Source: Microcoleaceae cyanobacterium (lineage in GTDB: Bacteria; Cyanobacteriota; Cyanobacteriia; Cyanobacteriales; Microcoleaceae). Taken from it: a DNA stretch of 32,000 bases. Shown one piece after another: positions 16,839 through 27,196 of the stretch (the stretch's first letter is position 1; the number at the start of each line of letters is the position of its first letter). The position numbers and the translations under genes are program-made. The notes below the pieces were generated by a model. The model was given only the letters and a program-made list of their open reading frames with translations. It was not told where the DNA came from and did no database searches. The DNA is taken from positions 103,585 through 135,584 of the forward strand of contig JBARXJ010000061.1 in NCBI GenBank assembly GCA_049647265.1, given 5' to 3'.

Positions 16839-18818
16839 GTGAATTCTTTTATAAATATCCGCCGATCTTCGCTGGGACTGGTTGGGATGATGATTTTAGG
16901 GACAGTGAGTCCTGTTCAAGCTGAGACAAACTGGAGTATTCTCGATCCAGTTAAAGTAACACAACAGCCCCCTAACCTCCCACCTCAGTTAAATCTGCCA
17001 ACACCGATCCCTGTAACACCCCCTCAGTCTCAAATTACCGTTGCTGAAATTGTGGTGGCAGGCACTCATAACCCTCAACTCCAAGCTGCAATTTATACAG
17101 CGATGGCTTTACAACCGGGACAAACCATTACCCGTCCTCAACTCCGGCAAGCCACAGAAGCTATTTTAGCCACAGGTTGGTTTGAGGATGTTCAGCCATT
17201 ACTCGAAAATACTCCCGTGGGTGTCCGCTTAAGTTGGAGGGTTCGACAATATCCGATTCTAAATTCGGTCAGTTTTGCAGGTCATCAGATCTTACCTTCA
17301 GAAGTGATTGAACAGAGTTTTGCAGGTCAACAAGGTCAACCCATTAACCTCAATTATCTGGCGCAAAGTGTCGAACAAATCAGAACTTGGTATCAACAAA
17401 ATGGCTATATTTTAGCCCAAATTCAGGCTCCAGAAATCCAAGCAGATGGAAGGGTAATATTCCCAGTGACGGAAGGTAAAATTGAGGAGATTCAAATTCG
17501 CTTCTTAGATGCAGATCGACAAGCCGTTGATGTTGACGGTAACCCCATTCAAGGTAAAACTCAAGATTATATTATCCGCCGCGAGATTGAATCAGAACCA
17601 GGGGAGATTTATAATCAGCAAACGATACAACAGGATCTGATTTGGGTTTCGGGGTTAGGTTTATTTCAGGATGTGTGGCTCGATCTCGAACCCAGTCAAA
17701 CCGATCCCAATCAAGTGGTGGTGGTGGTGAATGTGATTGAAGATAGTACGGCTTCTTTTGTTGTCGGCGGGGGAGTGAGTTCAGAAACCGGATTATTTGG
17801 ATCGGCGAGTTATCGAGATTTTAATGTAGGGGGAAATAATCAAAAGTTTGTGGCCGAATTTCAGTTAGGAGAACGGTTACTATTATTTGATGTTAGTTTT
17901 ACCGATCCTTGGATCGGGGGAGATTCTCATCGTACTAGTTATACCGTAAATGCCTTTCGCGGAGAAGGGGTTTCTTTGGTGTTTGAGGAGGGGGATGATG
18001 ATATCCGCTTACCCAATGGCGATCGCCCTCGCTTGGTTCGGACTGGGGGAAATATCCGCTTTACTCGTCCTTTAGCAGCTAATCCCCATACTACCCCGGA
18101 TTGGGTAATTTTTGCCGGGGCAGGGTATCAACGGGTTCAAGTGACTGATGCTGATGGGGATATTACTCGGCGAGATGATGCCGGACAGCGCTTAAGTGCC
18201 AGTCACTCGGGTCAGGATGATTTATTTACGGTTGAGTTGGGATTAAGTCGCGATCGCCGCAATCACCCCATTTTCACCACCGAGGGTTCATTTTTTCAAA
18301 TTGCCACGCAACAAGCCCTTCCCTTTGGTTCTGATGGCCTCTCGTTTAATCGATTATGGGGGAGTTATACCCAATATTTTCCTTTAAGCTTATTTGAGTT
18401 TGTGCCGGAATTACCAGAAACTTTAGTATTGACTTTGCAAGCCGGAACTATTTTTGGCGATTTTCCTCCTTATGAAGCATTTGCCTTGGGTGGGGCAGAG
18501 TCTGTCCGAGGTTGGAAAGCGGGGGCAATGGCAGCAGGTCGAAGTTTTGTTTTTGGTTCAGCAGAATATCGTTTTCCTATCTTGTCAACGAGTAATTTTT
18601 CTGTCGGTGGGGCGGTGTTTCTGGATGCTGCCACGACGTTTAGGACTCAATCTACGGTAATAGGAAATCCTGGGGGATCTCGAGGCAAACCGGGGCAAGG
18701 TTTAGGATATGGGGCCGGGTTGAGAATTCAGTCTCCTTTAGGGCCAATTCGGATTGATTATGGTATTAATAATCGTGGCAGAAGTCGGCTTCATTTTGGC
18801 TTTGGAGAACGGTTTTAG
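16839..18818 (+). CDS. bamA: Omp85/BamA family outer-membrane protein (POTRA plus beta-barrel)
   Basis: Signal peptide ending VQA/ETN and POTRA-like ITVAEIVVAGT...GWFEDVQ. C-terminal barrel motifs are VRGW, AEYRFPI, GLRIQSPLGPIRIDYG, with a terminal Phe (GFGERF). Confidence 0.8.
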   Translation: MNSFINIRRSSLGLVGMMILGTVSPVQAETNWSILDPVKVTQQPPNLPPQLNLPTPIPVTPPQSQITVAEIVVAGTHNPQLQAAIYTAMALQPGQTITRPQLRQATEAILATGWFEDVQPLLENTPVGVRLSWRVRQYPILNSVSFAGHQILPSEVIEQSFAGQQGQPINLNYLAQSVEQIRTWYQQNGYILAQIQAPEIQADGRVIFPVTEGKIEEIQIRFLDADRQAVDVDGNPIQGKTQDYIIRREIESEPGEIYNQQTIQQDLIWVSGLGLFQDVWLDLEPSQTDPNQVVVVVNVIEDSTASFVVGGGVSSETGLFGSASYRDFNVGGNNQKFVAEFQLGERLLLFDVSFTDPWIGGDSHRTSYTVNAFRGEGVSLVFEEGDDDIRLPNGDRPRLVRTGGNIRFTRPLAANPHTTPDWVIFAGAGYQRVQVTDADGDITRRDDAGQRLSASHSGQDDLFTVELGLSRDRRNHPIFTTEGSFFQIATQQALPFGSDGLSFNRLWGSYTQYFPLSLFEFVPELPETLVLTLQAGTIFGDFPPYEAFALGGAESVRGWKAGAMAAGRSFVFGSAEYRFPILSTSNFSVGGAVFLDAATTFRTQSTVIGNPGGSRGKPGQGLGYGAGLRIQSPLGPIRIDYGINNRGRSRLHFGFGERF

Positions 18819-18869
18819 ATTAGTTATTAGTTGTTAGTTATTAGTTATTAGTTATTAGTTATTAGTTGG
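18815..18869. repeat. Heptamer tandem array (AGTTATT)n, about 7 units
   Basis: ttagattagttattagttgttagttattagttattagttattagttattagttgg begins at the bamA stop codon. Confidence 0.9.
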
Positions 18870-19030
18870 CACGTTGTTAGTGATGATCTCCCTATTGCGC
18901 GCGATCGCCTGTTCCCCGTTCCAACCGCGCTACGCACCATAGATGTTTTGGGCAGATTGGCAGTTCTCACAGGACTAACCATATTAATTTGTAATTTGAG
19001 AGAGTTACTGCTCAAGGAAATTAGATAAAT

Positions 19031-19642
19031 ATGAGTTCAATACCACAACCCAGTAATACAATTCAAGGAACGGAAGGGAATGATTTACTCAAAGGTACCC
19101 CAGAGTCCGATATAATCTTTGGTGGATCGGGTGATGATAGGCTTCAAGGTAAGCAGGGTAACGACGAACTGTCTGGCGGTAATGGTAATGATCTGCTTCG
19201 GGGAGGGGCAGATAATGACTTGCTAATTGGTGGAGAGGGTCATGATATCCTTTTGGGTGGAAAGGGTAGCGATCGCCTTTTAGGGGGTGAATTTACCGCT
19301 TTCAGTCCGACTTTCCCACCTGAGCCGACTCCCGGATCGGATCAAATCGATATTCTGACTGGGGGGGCTGATGCAGATACATTTGTGTTAAGTACCTTTG
19401 GTGCTGCGGATGAACCGATTACACCCTACACTGGGGAAGGTTTTGCAATTATTACCGATTTTAATGGTTCTGAAGGCGATCAAATTGAACTACTCGGTTC
19501 TGCGAGCAATAATGATTATATCTTCGACCAAACCTTTATCGGTACAAAAATATCGCTCGGTCAAGATCTCATTGCAGTTGCGGTTAATGCAGAAATTGAT
19601 CCGAGTACAGATGTTTCCTTTGTGGGTCGGTTTGTTGGCTAA
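19031..19642 (+). CDS. Hemolysin-type (RTX-like) calcium-binding repeat protein
   Basis: Consecutive nonapeptide repeats GTEGNDLLKG, GGSGDDRLQG, GGNGNDLLRG, GGEGHDILLG, GGKGSDRLLGG. No N-terminal signal peptide. Confidence 0.75.
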   Translation: MSSIPQPSNTIQGTEGNDLLKGTPESDIIFGGSGDDRLQGKQGNDELSGGNGNDLLRGGADNDLLIGGEGHDILLGGKGSDRLLGGEFTAFSPTFPPEPTPGSDQIDILTGGADADTFVLSTFGAADEPITPYTGEGFAIITDFNGSEGDQIELLGSASNNDYIFDQTFIGTKISLGQDLIAVAVNAEIDPSTDVSFVGRFVG

Positions 19643-19808
19643 TTCTAATTGATTAAATATCGCTACAACAAAACTGTTTTGGGTGTTACTGCAATAAAAC
19701 TGTTTTTTCTCTTCATACAGCAGTACAATTTTCAAACAAGTTATCCCAGAAGCCTGCCTAAAACAAGGGAGGACGGGGCTAAAAACCCCAATCCTTTTTT
19801 CTTTACTA

Positions 19809-20741
19809 TTAAGGGATGATCGTTGAAACTTGCATTCCTGCCTCAGCTTCTAAACTGTCTCCAATTTTGTCGCCATCATGATACGCAGCAGTCAGCAGAT
19901 CGCAGGCTTTTCCCCAGCCAATGGTTCCGGTATGGTCAATCGAAATAGCAGCAAAATCTCGTTGACGTTTTGTGGCTTCTTTAAAAGAACGATCCAAAGC
20001 TTGCTCTAAAGATAAACCATCTGTTACCCGGATTACAACCCGTGCGGCGAAACATTCATCAATAATATCTTCCCCAATACCGGTACAACTCATCCCGGCA
20101 TAGTCATTGGCATAATTTCCCGCTGGCATAGGGGAGTCACTCACCCGGCCAATTTTCTCAAAGCCCTTGCCTCCGGTAGAGGTTCCGGCTGCTATTTTAC
20201 CATGGCTATCTAAAGCGACAACGCCAATTGTACCGCGTCTGGCGCTTCCTCCCGCTAAAACATTTGCAGACTTGCGCTGAAAGTCATTTTTACGTTCTTC
20301 TGCCCATTCTTGTAATCGTCTATCTGTCATAGGATTATAGATGGGGATTTGGAATTCTCGCATGAATTCAGCACAACCATATTCTGATAAAATTCGATCT
20401 TTCGAGCTTTGTAAAGCCAGCGCTAGATCAATCGGATTTTTCACTCGTGAGACATTAATTACACCACTAAATGACTGAGTTGAACCATCCATTAACCCGG
20501 CACTCATGCGAATTTGGCCGTCAGACTGTAAGACTGAACCGGTTCCAGCATTAAACCGAGGTTCATTTTCTAATAATTCACATCCCTTTACGACTGCCTC
20601 TTTTGCGGTTCCTCCCTGCTGTAGTAGCGGATAGACTGCATCTAAAATACTGTAGAGACATTTACGAACGTCGAGTATTGTTTCTTTGGCGGCTAGAGAG
20701 TTACCTGCACCACCGTGAATAATAAGTTTAGGTTTTACCAT
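19809..20741 (-). CDS. Isoaspartyl peptidase / L-asparaginase (Ntn hydrolase)
   Basis: IIHGGAG N-terminus, autoprocessing site RRGTIGVVALD (Thr nucleophile), and GTSTGG. Confidence 0.85.
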   Translation of the reverse strand: MVKPKLIIHGGAGNSLAAKETILDVRKCLYSILDAVYPLLQQGGTAKEAVVKGCELLENEPRFNAGTGSVLQSDGQIRMSAGLMDGSTQSFSGVINVSRVKNPIDLALALQSSKDRILSEYGCAEFMREFQIPIYNPMTDRRLQEWAEERKNDFQRKSANVLAGGSARRGTIGVVALDSHGKIAAGTSTGGKGFEKIGRVSDSPMPAGNYANDYAGMSCTGIGEDIIDECFAARVVIRVTDGLSLEQALDRSFKEATKRQRDFAAISIDHTGTIGWGKACDLLTAAYHDGDKIGDSLEAEAGMQVSTIIP

Positions 20742-21005
20742 GTTTTCAATCCGATCAACTTAGCCGAATCCATTGTAAGGGTTTTTGAGATCTTTCCTCA
20801 TTTGAGATGCAAAAGCTTCTAGATGTTAGCAAAAGTTGTCTGTATTTTCTGTATAATATTATCTAATTTGAGCCGTAAATCTTTATAATGATTTATCAGT
20901 TTAATTATTATTTGATACAAATAGTCATCGGTACACCGGCTTTTAAAGCCGATGCCTGCGATGACCACCTTCCGTGGTCAATAAATTATTTTGATTAAAA
21001 TCTTA

Positions 21006-21047
21006 AAAGGGCTGATGATTATCGTTGAGATTTCCATCAAGCCCTTT
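21006..21047 (-). terminator. Rho-independent terminator of the lipoprotein gene
   Basis: 12-bp stem with one bulge: AAAGGGCTGATG (21006-21017) pairs with CATCAAGCCCTTT (21035-21047). On the minus strand it is followed by a U-rich tail (TTTTAAGATTTTA), about 45 nt after the stop at 21090. Confidence 0.5.
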
Positions 21048-21089
21048 ACTGAACTCTAACTAAATTGTGCTAAAGTTATCGTTATTCTT

Positions 21090-21602
21090 TTATTCAACTC
21101 GAGTCACATCTGCGACAACTACAATTTTTCCTTCGTACTCTGCTTCAATTTTTTGCTTCAGTTCTAAATCCCAAGTAATATCGTAATCTCTTTCAAATTC
21201 TGCGACAACTAACTGCACCACTTCTCCTGTAATTTCTGCATCTTCTCCTTCACTAAGAACAAACTCATTCTGTAAGTTATCAACAGATAAAACTAGAACT
21301 TCATCCTCTGTAAACAAGTCATCGTCGTCTGCTAAAATTAATGCATCTGTACCTAATATTTCCTCAACTTTACCAGAAATTGTTACAGTTTGACCTATCA
21401 GTTCATCACCGTCTTCTGCAACATCATCTAATTCTGTCACGGTTTCTACTTCTGCTGTATCGGTCGGAGCAGTAGCATTTTCGCCGACAGAGTCACAAGC
21501 TACGATTAAACTAGAGACTAAAGCTGTTAAACCTAATGTGACAGGTTTTTTAAATATTTCAAATAAAGAGTTGATTTTTAAAAGACGCTTATTTAATTCC
21601 AT
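21090..21602 (-). CDS. Acidic putative lipoprotein, unknown function
   Basis: Lipobox-like LIVAC after a hydrophobic signal segment. The mature part is very D/E-rich. I recognise no family. Confidence 0.55.
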   Translation of the reverse strand: MELNKRLLKINSLFEIFKKPVTLGLTALVSSLIVACDSVGENATAPTDTAEVETVTELDDVAEDGDELIGQTVTISGKVEEILGTDALILADDDDLFTEDEVLVLSVDNLQNEFVLSEGEDAEITGEVVQLVVAEFERDYDITWDLELKQKIEAEYEGKIVVVADVTRVE

Positions 21603-21858
21603 TTATTCCTCCAATTTATAAAGTTTAATAATGTAAAGATAAGCTGATATTGAGAGTATCCATATATCCTTCATATCTTAAAGTAATTTATCGTTTACTG
21701 TTATCTATCTAAAGAATTAACTCTCTCTATCTTAAGAATGAAACAGCGATAATCACCTCGGTTCTATTGTAGAATTTAAAAAGATTAACCCAGCCTTCAT
21801 CGTCATTCAAAGACTGGATTAATCACAAAGCCAACTATATATTTAATAGAATGGAAAT

Positions 21859-22260
21859 CTAGGACTCTGCCTTTTCAAACTTTAGCGCCGCAGAATTCAT
21901 GCAATAACGTTGACCGGTTGGCGCGGGGCCATCATTAAATACATGACCCAAATGAGCATCACAAGCCGCACATAAAACTTCTGTCCGGCGCATGAATAAG
22001 CTATTATCTTCTTTTAATTGAACATTATTTTCATCCGCTGCTTCCCAGAAACTGGGCCAGCCTGTGCCGGAGTCAAATTTTGTATCAGAGTCAAATAGCT
22101 TTGTGCCACAACAAACACATTTGTAAATACCGTTTGCTTTATTATCGTGGTATTCACCTGTAAAGGGTCTTTCTGTACCGTGTTTACGAGTGACTTTGAA
22201 CTGTTCAGGTGTAAGCTGCTGCTTCCATTCTTCGTCTGTTTTTTTAATTTTCTCAACCAT
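21859..22260 (-). CDS. msrB: Peptide-methionine (R)-S-oxide reductase
   Basis: 133 aa with two CxxC zinc motifs (CVCCG, CAACD), GWPSF, and the catalytic RYCMNS. Confidence 0.92.
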   Translation of the reverse strand: MVEKIKKTDEEWKQQLTPEQFKVTRKHGTERPFTGEYHDNKANGIYKCVCCGTKLFDSDTKFDSGTGWPSFWEAADENNVQLKEDNSLFMRRTEVLCAACDAHLGHVFNDGPAPTGQRYCMNSAALKFEKAES

Positions 22261-22452
22261 AGCTCACGAATTTATTGTTGTTCAATATATGTATGACCTA
22301 TAGATTATAAACAATCTCTCTTTTTTTTGCATCTAGCTTCAGAGAGAATTAACAAAATCTGACGACTTGAGTCTTTTAATGTTTGATTGTAGTTGAGTGA
22401 ATGGTTAGTATAAAGTATTAGCAAAAAAGATAATAATGTAATTAGCTCATGA

Positions 22453-25400
22453 TTATAATTTTAGACATAATTGTAAACTGTCTGCTGGTATAGAATGACA
22501 AGGTAAGTTTGTTTTTTGTATGAGATTTAACGATGAGTTGAGTTGTCCTGGATGTTGTCCTTCATCAGATAACCATTGCTGAAAAACTCTCTCTCGTCCG
22601 TCTTGCGGTTGAACTAAATTATAAACCCGAATTCGTTTTCTATTTTTTGATTCTGATCGAATACATTTCAGTTTATAACCAATTAAATCAATTAAACGAC
22701 GTAAAACCATAATTGGGGTAGAATTTTTAGCCAGTCCAATTCCTAAAATAGATTTAATGGCATCTCGATCTTGTAAAGCGATTTTTGCCATATTTTGCAA
22801 GTCTATATCTGTATTTTTTAGTTCACGTTTTGAATTGTTTAATAATGCCGAAATTCCTAATAGTTCTAATGTGCCAATGACAGCACCCAGTTGAGAACGA
22901 TTAAAATCAGGTACAAAAATACTGCCCTGTCCTTGTTTAATTAATCGTTGTGCTATTTCTAAATCCCGTCCGGCTAAATACGTTCGACCCTCTGTTAGAA
23001 AATAGTGAATTCTTAATTGTTGATACCAGCCTTGATCGTCTTTTTCAACGAGTTCTGGAGTCACAGAAATACCGTAGCGTGATTTTAATTCGTAGTGCCG
23101 TTGAGAACGTCGTTCTGATGGTGTTTTAACCATGTTTTTAGTTAAGTTTTGGTATTGATAATAATCTAATATTTCGGCAGATGCGATCGCCTGACATTCC
23201 GATTGATAATTTTGATCTCGAACAGCGCTAATTAACTCTGATAATGTTGGTTTTTCTGATAAGCTTTTATTACTATTTTTTATTGTTATATCTTGATTAT
23301 TTTCATTAATACTTTTATCAATAATTTGATGACCTTCTGCGGCTAAGGCTGATAATATAGAAGTGCGATATTGACTCATTCCACTGTTAAATCTCACTGC
23401 CATTTTTGCCCAACACAGCAAAGATTCTGCCTGAAAACCAATTTCAATATCATCAATAGCATCCCAGTCAGATTGTTGTAACAAAGAGATATTTAACTGT
23501 GTTAACTTATGACCCGAAGAAAGTAACTTTTTCAGAGAAACAGAACCATTTCCAATCTGATTAAATCCATAAGTTGCTATCCATAAATATCGCGGTACAT
23601 TCTCTCTGACTCTGCCTAACGCTTGCCGCACCGAATTCTCTGCTTGAATTCCTTGAGCAATTCCCCAAACTGAGGTAAAATGCTCTTGAACATCTATACT
23701 GATTCCGGTTTCAATCACCGGAGAAGCTAACACAATATCATAGTTTTTTAGAACATGATTAAGATGCTTCATACAGCCATAAGCAGCATGAGTGGGATCG
23801 GCTAAAGATTCTGAATCTATTCTGAGAATTGTCTTCTGAGGAAATTGTGTTTTCAAATAGCTTTCTAATGTACAAGTTCCCCATTGACTCGCTGTTTTTT
23901 GCGCGGATAAACAAACAAAAGGTTTCCCCCCTTCAGCAATATGTTGTTCTAAATCTTTAACCAGTTGTTTGGGTGTATTTTCTGAATAACTATAAACGTT
24001 CCAGGCTTCTTTTACACCCGGTTGCCAATCATTTTTAATAATAAATGGATTTTGTTCATTATTGGCTAAATTCCGTAAATAATCTATCGAAATATCGCTT
24101 AAATCTGCATCGGCGACAATTACTCTACCATTTCCGCCTAAAATATTTTGTATTAATTTTTTAAAGGATTTGAGAATAGCAACTCGATGGTGACGACAAG
24201 TTTCTGAATTCAAACCATGCCATAAAACCTGTTCAACTTCATCAATAATCACAACCCCGTCTTGCCAATTTTCCGCTTGAAATTTTGCTAAAGAATTAGG
24301 ATGCAAAGAATCAATACATAATCCATAACCTGGCTGTTCTAAATTCGGGGAAGTAATTACCTGAGTTTGGTTCCCTGATTTAATCGATTGTAAACCAAAC
24401 CGTTGACATAATACCTCAACTAATCGAGTCCGATGACTAATCACCAATACCCATTGTTGCTGTTGAATTGCGGTTTTGACTAACTTTTCTAACAGTTGCG
24501 TTTTACCTGTCCCCTTAGGTGATTTTATCCCGATTAATTTAGCGTTTTTAGGAATATCAATATTAGGAAGATAACGACTTTCAACTTGACAATTGGCTGC
24601 ATAAGTTAGACGATTATAAGATAATGCTTTCCAACTCTCAAACGCCAAAGCAGAAGTATAAGCCCGGTCAAATTCAGCCTGATTTTGATTGGTAATTAAA
24701 TCATCAACGCCTTTACCCAATTGAGGATTCCAAGTAATCACTTTAACAACACAATTAGCCTGAGTCAATAAATAACCGAATTGTTGAATTGCATTTTGAA
24801 CCGATTTAATGCTATTCTGTTTTGTATCTTGATCGAAAGTAATATAAACCTCTCGTTGCGGTGTAGCGAACTTTTGTAATTGCGGAATTAAACGAGATGA
24901 ACCGATGCGGTTTCCCCACTCATCTTTCGGGACGCGATAGCCGCTATGAATGCCGGGTAAAGCAATAGCAACATATCCAGCAGTGAGTAACGCCCCGGCT
25001 TTTTTCGCCCCTTCTGTAATGCAGAGAGGAACTTCAGGATGATGGATGACCCAGTCCCAAAACCCTAAGTCGGGTTGATGAGGTTGTATGGCTGTGGGTG
25101 GAATGTCTAACTGATAACGTTCAGCGATGCGTTGCCAAATCTCTCGAGACACCCGTAATGCAAAAATACCGGTTGGCGTTTGAGGAGGATGTTCATATTT
25201 AATCAGTTTCTTTTGGTCACGACTGTGTCGAGGTTGCAGCGGTTTAAAACACCCCCAAGCATCCGTTTTCCCCGTTAAAATATCAATTCCCGAACACCAC
25301 CAACCCCCAGCATAGACATGATTATAACGATGCAGTAGAGTACTAGACAGCCTGCCATCATTGCGGCGAGAGAGAGTATTGGCAGACAAGAGATAATTCA

Positions 25401-25494
25401 GCGGATGATAACCCGCTAACGGAGTCACATTCAGTTGGGTTAATTGCGGGTCAACACCGCTTGCTTTCCATTCATCAAGATAATTTACAGCCAT
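22453..25494 (-). CDS. CyRepA1-type plasmid replication protein (DUF3854/Toprim-like N-domain plus P-loop helicase)
   Basis: N-terminus MAVNYLDEWKASGVDPQLT, Toprim Glu (CITEGAKKA) and DxD (ITFDQDTK). Walker A is SPKGTGKTQ and Walker B is VVIIDEVEQ. This architecture matches cyanobacterial CyRepA1 (Synechocystis pSYSA Slr7037) as I remember it. Confidence 0.7.
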   Translation of the reverse strand: MAVNYLDEWKASGVDPQLTQLNVTPLAGYHPLNYLLSANTLSRRNDGRLSSTLLHRYNHVYAGGWWCSGIDILTGKTDAWGCFKPLQPRHSRDQKKLIKYEHPPQTPTGIFALRVSREIWQRIAERYQLDIPPTAIQPHQPDLGFWDWVIHHPEVPLCITEGAKKAGALLTAGYVAIALPGIHSGYRVPKDEWGNRIGSSRLIPQLQKFATPQREVYITFDQDTKQNSIKSVQNAIQQFGYLLTQANCVVKVITWNPQLGKGVDDLITNQNQAEFDRAYTSALAFESWKALSYNRLTYAANCQVESRYLPNIDIPKNAKLIGIKSPKGTGKTQLLEKLVKTAIQQQQWVLVISHRTRLVEVLCQRFGLQSIKSGNQTQVITSPNLEQPGYGLCIDSLHPNSLAKFQAENWQDGVVIIDEVEQVLWHGLNSETCRHHRVAILKSFKKLIQNILGGNGRVIVADADLSDISIDYLRNLANNEQNPFIIKNDWQPGVKEAWNVYSYSENTPKQLVKDLEQHIAEGGKPFVCLSAQKTASQWGTCTLESYLKTQFPQKTILRIDSESLADPTHAAYGCMKHLNHVLKNYDIVLASPVIETGISIDVQEHFTSVWGIAQGIQAENSVRQALGRVRENVPRYLWIATYGFNQIGNGSVSLKKLLSSGHKLTQLNISLLQQSDWDAIDDIEIGFQAESLLCWAKMAVRFNSGMSQYRTSILSALAAEGHQIIDKSINENNQDITIKNSNKSLSEKPTLSELISAVRDQNYQSECQAIASAEILDYYQYQNLTKNMVKTPSERRSQRHYELKSRYGISVTPELVEKDDQGWYQQLRIHYFLTEGRTYLAGRDLEIAQRLIKQGQGSIFVPDFNRSQLGAVIGTLELLGISALLNNSKRELKNTDIDLQNMAKIALQDRDAIKSILGIGLAKNSTPIMVLRRLIDLIGYKLKCIRSESKNRKRIRVYNLVQPQDGRERVFQQWLSDEGQHPGQLNSSLNLIQKTNLPCHSIPADSLQLCLKL

Positions 25495-25769
25495 TGGACA
25501 GATTCAACTCACAAGGGGGAATCTTAGGATAACTCTATATCTGGTATTTTGGCTAGTGATTTTGGATAAATTATCTAGATATTGTGTTTTATATGATTGA
25601 TGTCTGAAGACTCCGGTCTGCGATCGCATTATATACCAACCATGGGTATGGTGATGAAAAAGTAGACTAAAATATCACGATATGAGTTGATAGAGAGATC
25701 AATGGTTAATCGTATTATAAATTAGACCATTAAAATGAGTTAATCATTCCTATTACTGAGAGGATCAAT

Positions 25770-26420
25770 ATGTTTAGCCAAGAAACAGCAAAGACTAATT
25801 TTACAGAAGAAAATAACGTTTCATTAATGACTTTAGAGGACTTCCTAGACTGGTATCCTGATGGTTATTCTGGTCGATTTGAATTGCGTAATGGAGAAAT
25901 TATTAAAGTGCAACCCACTGGGACTCATGAACAAGTTGCTGGTTTTCTTGCTTTAGAACTCGGCGTGGAAATTAAACGTCTGAATTTACCCTATTTTATT
26001 CCTCGGCAAGGGCTAGTCAAAGCAATCAATTCAGAAAAATCGGCTTATATTCCGGATGTGATGGTATTAGATTCTAATGCTTTAGAAAATGAGCCTTTGT
26101 GGAAAAAGCGATCAACAATTACTCAAGGTACAAGTATTAAATTAGCCATAGAAGTTGTTAGTACCAATTGGCAAGATGATTATTTGATGAAGCTTGGAGA
26201 ATATGAGAAGTTAGGAATATGTGAATATTGGATAGTTGATTATTTAGGGCTAGGTGGTCGGCGTTATATTGGAAATCCTAAAAGACCAACTATTTCGGTT
26301 TATCATTTAGTTGAGGGAGAATATATGGTAAATTTATTTAGAGATAAAGATAGAGTGAATTCGCCAACTTTTCCTAATCTTAATTTGACGGCAGAACAAG
26401 TCTTTACTGTTGGGCAGTAA
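25770..26420 (+). CDS. Uma2 family (DUF820) PD-(D/E)xK-like endonuclease
   Basis: YELRNGEII-type N-terminus, IPDVMVL, AIEVVS and the signature GICEYWIVD. Confidence 0.8.
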   Translation: MFSQETAKTNFTEENNVSLMTLEDFLDWYPDGYSGRFELRNGEIIKVQPTGTHEQVAGFLALELGVEIKRLNLPYFIPRQGLVKAINSEKSAYIPDVMVLDSNALENEPLWKKRSTITQGTSIKLAIEVVSTNWQDDYLMKLGEYEKLGICEYWIVDYLGLGGRRYIGNPKRPTISVYHLVEGEYMVNLFRDKDRVNSPTFPNLNLTAEQVFTVGQ

Positions 26421-26457
26421 TTACAATACTAATATATCCATTGATGGAGCGATCATT

Positions 26458-27099
26458 ATGGCTAAACTTGCAACTACACTGCCAACTGAAACTTGGATAA
26501 CTCTTCCTTGGGAAAAGTACCTTGAGGCAATAGAAAATCCAATTTTTCAGAATTCAAAAAGTTATTACTATCGAGGAAGTATCAGAATTGAAATGCTGCC
26601 TGTAAGTTTTGATCATGGAAAATCTCATGTCATTATTGCTGCCGCTATCGCTATTTTTACTGCATTTAAAAGGATTCCAGGTAATGGGCTGGATACAACT
26701 TCTTTCCGAAAAATAGGTATAGGAGAATGTCAACCGGATCTGGCTTATTATTTAGAAAATCAGGCTCAAGTTATCCCGAATGGTACTGGAGTTGTGAATT
26801 TAGATCAGTATCCTGCACCGGATTTAGTGATTGAAATTGCAAAGAGTTCTTTACTCGATGACCTCGGCATTAAGCGGAGTTTATATGAAGAGTTAGGGGT
26901 GAAAGAATATTGGATTATTGATGTGAATACAACTGAAATTATTGCTTATACCATATTGAAGGAGGGGTTAGGAAGTCAACAAATTCGACAGTCTCAAGTT
27001 CTCACTGGGCTAAATTTAAGTCTGTTGGAAGAGGCATTGCGTCGCAACAGAGAAACTAATCAGTCGGCGGTTTTAGCTTTGTTAATGAATCAGTTTTAG
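26458..27099 (+). CDS. Uma2 family (DUF820) endonuclease, tandem paralogue
   Basis: PDLVIEIAKSS and GVKEYWIIDV. The ORF track starts at 26410, but ATG 26458 has GGAG 8 nt upstream and the usual family N-terminus. Confidence 0.8.
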   Translation: MAKLATTLPTETWITLPWEKYLEAIENPIFQNSKSYYYRGSIRIEMLPVSFDHGKSHVIIAAAIAIFTAFKRIPGNGLDTTSFRKIGIGECQPDLAYYLENQAQVIPNGTGVVNLDQYPAPDLVIEIAKSSLLDDLGIKRSLYEELGVKEYWIIDVNTTEIIAYTILKEGLGSQQIRQSQVLTGLNLSLLEEALRRNRETNQSAVLALLMNQF

Positions 27100-27128
27100 A
27101 ATTAATTTTATCAGGATTATTATTGGGA

Positions 27129-27157
27129 TTGACTAGATTAGCGGAACTGTCTATTAT
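27129..27157 (+). promoter_or_regulatory. Sigma70-type promoter candidate for the DUF29 gene
   Basis: TTGACT (27129-27134), a 17-nt spacer, then TATTAT (27152-27157). GGAG lies 12 nt before ATG 27197. Confidence 0.4.
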
Positions 27158-27196
27158 AAATATATATTCACTCATACTGAGGAGAATAAGAGTAAA

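Noticed and set aside
20926-20979. Hairpin cluster as a tRNA or tRNA-like gene that could serve as an island att site
   Set aside because: There is no T-loop GTTCRANYC box, no acceptor-stem pairing and no cloverleaf spacing.
25495-25769. Iterons or an origin upstream of the CyRepA1-type gene
   Set aside because: I found only short features: ATTTTGG twice, the 10-bp palindrome TATCTAGATA, and CCATGG-centred pairing. There is no convincing iteron array or DnaA-box cluster. The origin cannot be called from sequence alone.
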